From the sequence record NC_022096.1: a DNA stretch of 64,000 nt. One strand, given 5' to 3'. The notes below the pieces were generated by a model. The model was not told the origin of the DNA. It did not search any database and worked only from the letters and a program-made list of their open reading frames with translations. The translations under genes were made by a program, and so were the position numbers. Positions 63,241 through 64,000 of the stretch are shown piece after piece. Each line of letters opens with the position of its first letter. Within the stretch, counting starts at the first letter, position 1.

Positions 63241-64000
63241 TACAGGGTCTCCTCAACAAGAACTTGCAGGGTACCCGAAGTGTTGGAGCCAGCGAACGCA
63301 GCATCATTGAGGAACAGATGCGTACCGTTCGCGTCAAACACACCGCCGGAGTTGACGATGGTGAACGCAGCGGCCACGTCGGTGGTGTCCGAACGACGGG
63401 TGAGGTCGGTGCCCTGGCCGTTGTAGCGAGCACGCACTTTGGTGAAGTCCACGACGCTGGTACCAATTGCCATGAAGCGGGCGAAGGCGTCGAAGGTGAT
63501 TGCACGCTCAACGAAGCCGCCGATGGTGAAGTTGCCGTTGGCTGGGCTTTCAGCATTGGCCAGGTTGGTCAGCGTAGCGTCAACGGCAGTCACGCCGCGA
63601 GCGTCGGAGTCACGGATGAGCACCTGACGCGAGTACACGCCACCAGCGAAGCTCCAGTTGCCGGAGAACTCGCCTGCGGCGAGGACAACGACCGGTTCGC
63701 TCGCCAGTTCTTGGTTGGGCTGAACGCGCAGAGTGTACGCATTGCCAGCTTCGGAAGAGCGCAGACGCGACGGGTTGCCGAGGATGCTGATGGTTGCAGT
63801 AGCTGCGGCTTCGGCAATCTTGATGATGCCTTGACGCGAGGCGACCGCACCGTTCGACGCCTTGGTGGCCGTGACGGTGTAGTTGTTGGTGACGAAGTAC
63901 GTACCGTTGTTGAGGGTGACGTCCTTGCTGACGGCGTACACTTCCGGATCGGTGATCGACGCATCCTGGCCAGCAGCCGAGAACGAGTACGACACGCTGT
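63240..64000 (-). CDS. virion structural protein, partial (starts beyond window)
   Basis: open frame of more than 250 aa, Ala/Thr/Gly/Ser-rich beta sequence, TAATG coupling to next gene. Confidence 0.65.
   Translation of the reverse strand, partial: SVSYSFSAAGQDASITDPEVYAVSKDVTLNNGTYFVTNNYTVTATKASNGAVASRQGIIKIAEAAATATISILGNPSRLRSSEAGNAYTLRVQPNQELASEPVVVLAAGEFSGNWSFAGGVYSRQVLIRDSDARGVTAVDATLTNLANAESPANGNFTIGGFVERAITFDAFARFMAIGTSVVDFTKVRARYNGQGTDLTRRSDTTDVAAAFTIVNSGGVFDANGTHLFLNDAAFAGSNTSGTLQVLVEETL

Noticed and set aside
1-64000. tRNA/rRNA genes, CRISPR arrays, transposases, reverse transcriptase/DGR, alternative genetic code
   Set aside because: No intergenic gap exceeds about 260 nt and none showed cloverleaf or repeat-spacer structure by eye. 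Conserved genes are intact under the standard code. A tRNAscan/Infernal run would be the definitive check.

Overview
The window is 64 kb of a lytic jumbo myophage genome. Essentially all credible genes lie on the minus strand, densely packed and often translationally coupled. The capsid/scaffold/sheath/tube/baseplate set resembles, from my recollection, the PaBG/Lu11/phiRSL1-like group. The phage dCTP deaminase is very close to Pseudomonas Dcd, which suggests a Pseudomonas-like host (inference). About 36.8-64 kb holds the virion module (baseplate, tape measure with a muramidase-like domain, tube, sheath, major capsid, acidic scaffold), plus topoisomerase IB, Tmk, an MmcB-like nuclease, a SprT-like protease and a HAD protein. 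About 0-36.8 kb is an accessory region with DHFR, Dcd, two Nudix proteins, a GH108 lysin, LemA-like, SLOG, HD/PDE-like, pyrimidine-dimer glycosylase-like, RlaP-like nucleotidyltransferase, GNAT and many hypotheticals. Main second-look items: (1) a mosaic protein coupled to the lysin whose C-terminus is a diverged copy of the phage's own tail-sheath C-terminal domain; (2) candidate nucleotide-signal antagonists (Acb2-like with a long N-terminal extension, Gp49/Acb4-like, class I PDE-like HD protein); (3) a recurrent E-[ASV]-[LTVN]-[AS]-[SAG] / SLS motif suggesting that TopIB and a SprT protease are head-packaged, protease-processed cargo; (4) a four-copy extended promoter family with an internal palindrome and flanking inverted boxes. 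No tRNA, rRNA, CRISPR array, intron or mobile element was recognised. All family assignments are by visual motif recognition; no database search was run. Several starts were adjusted from the ORF track using RBS and stop/start overlaps.
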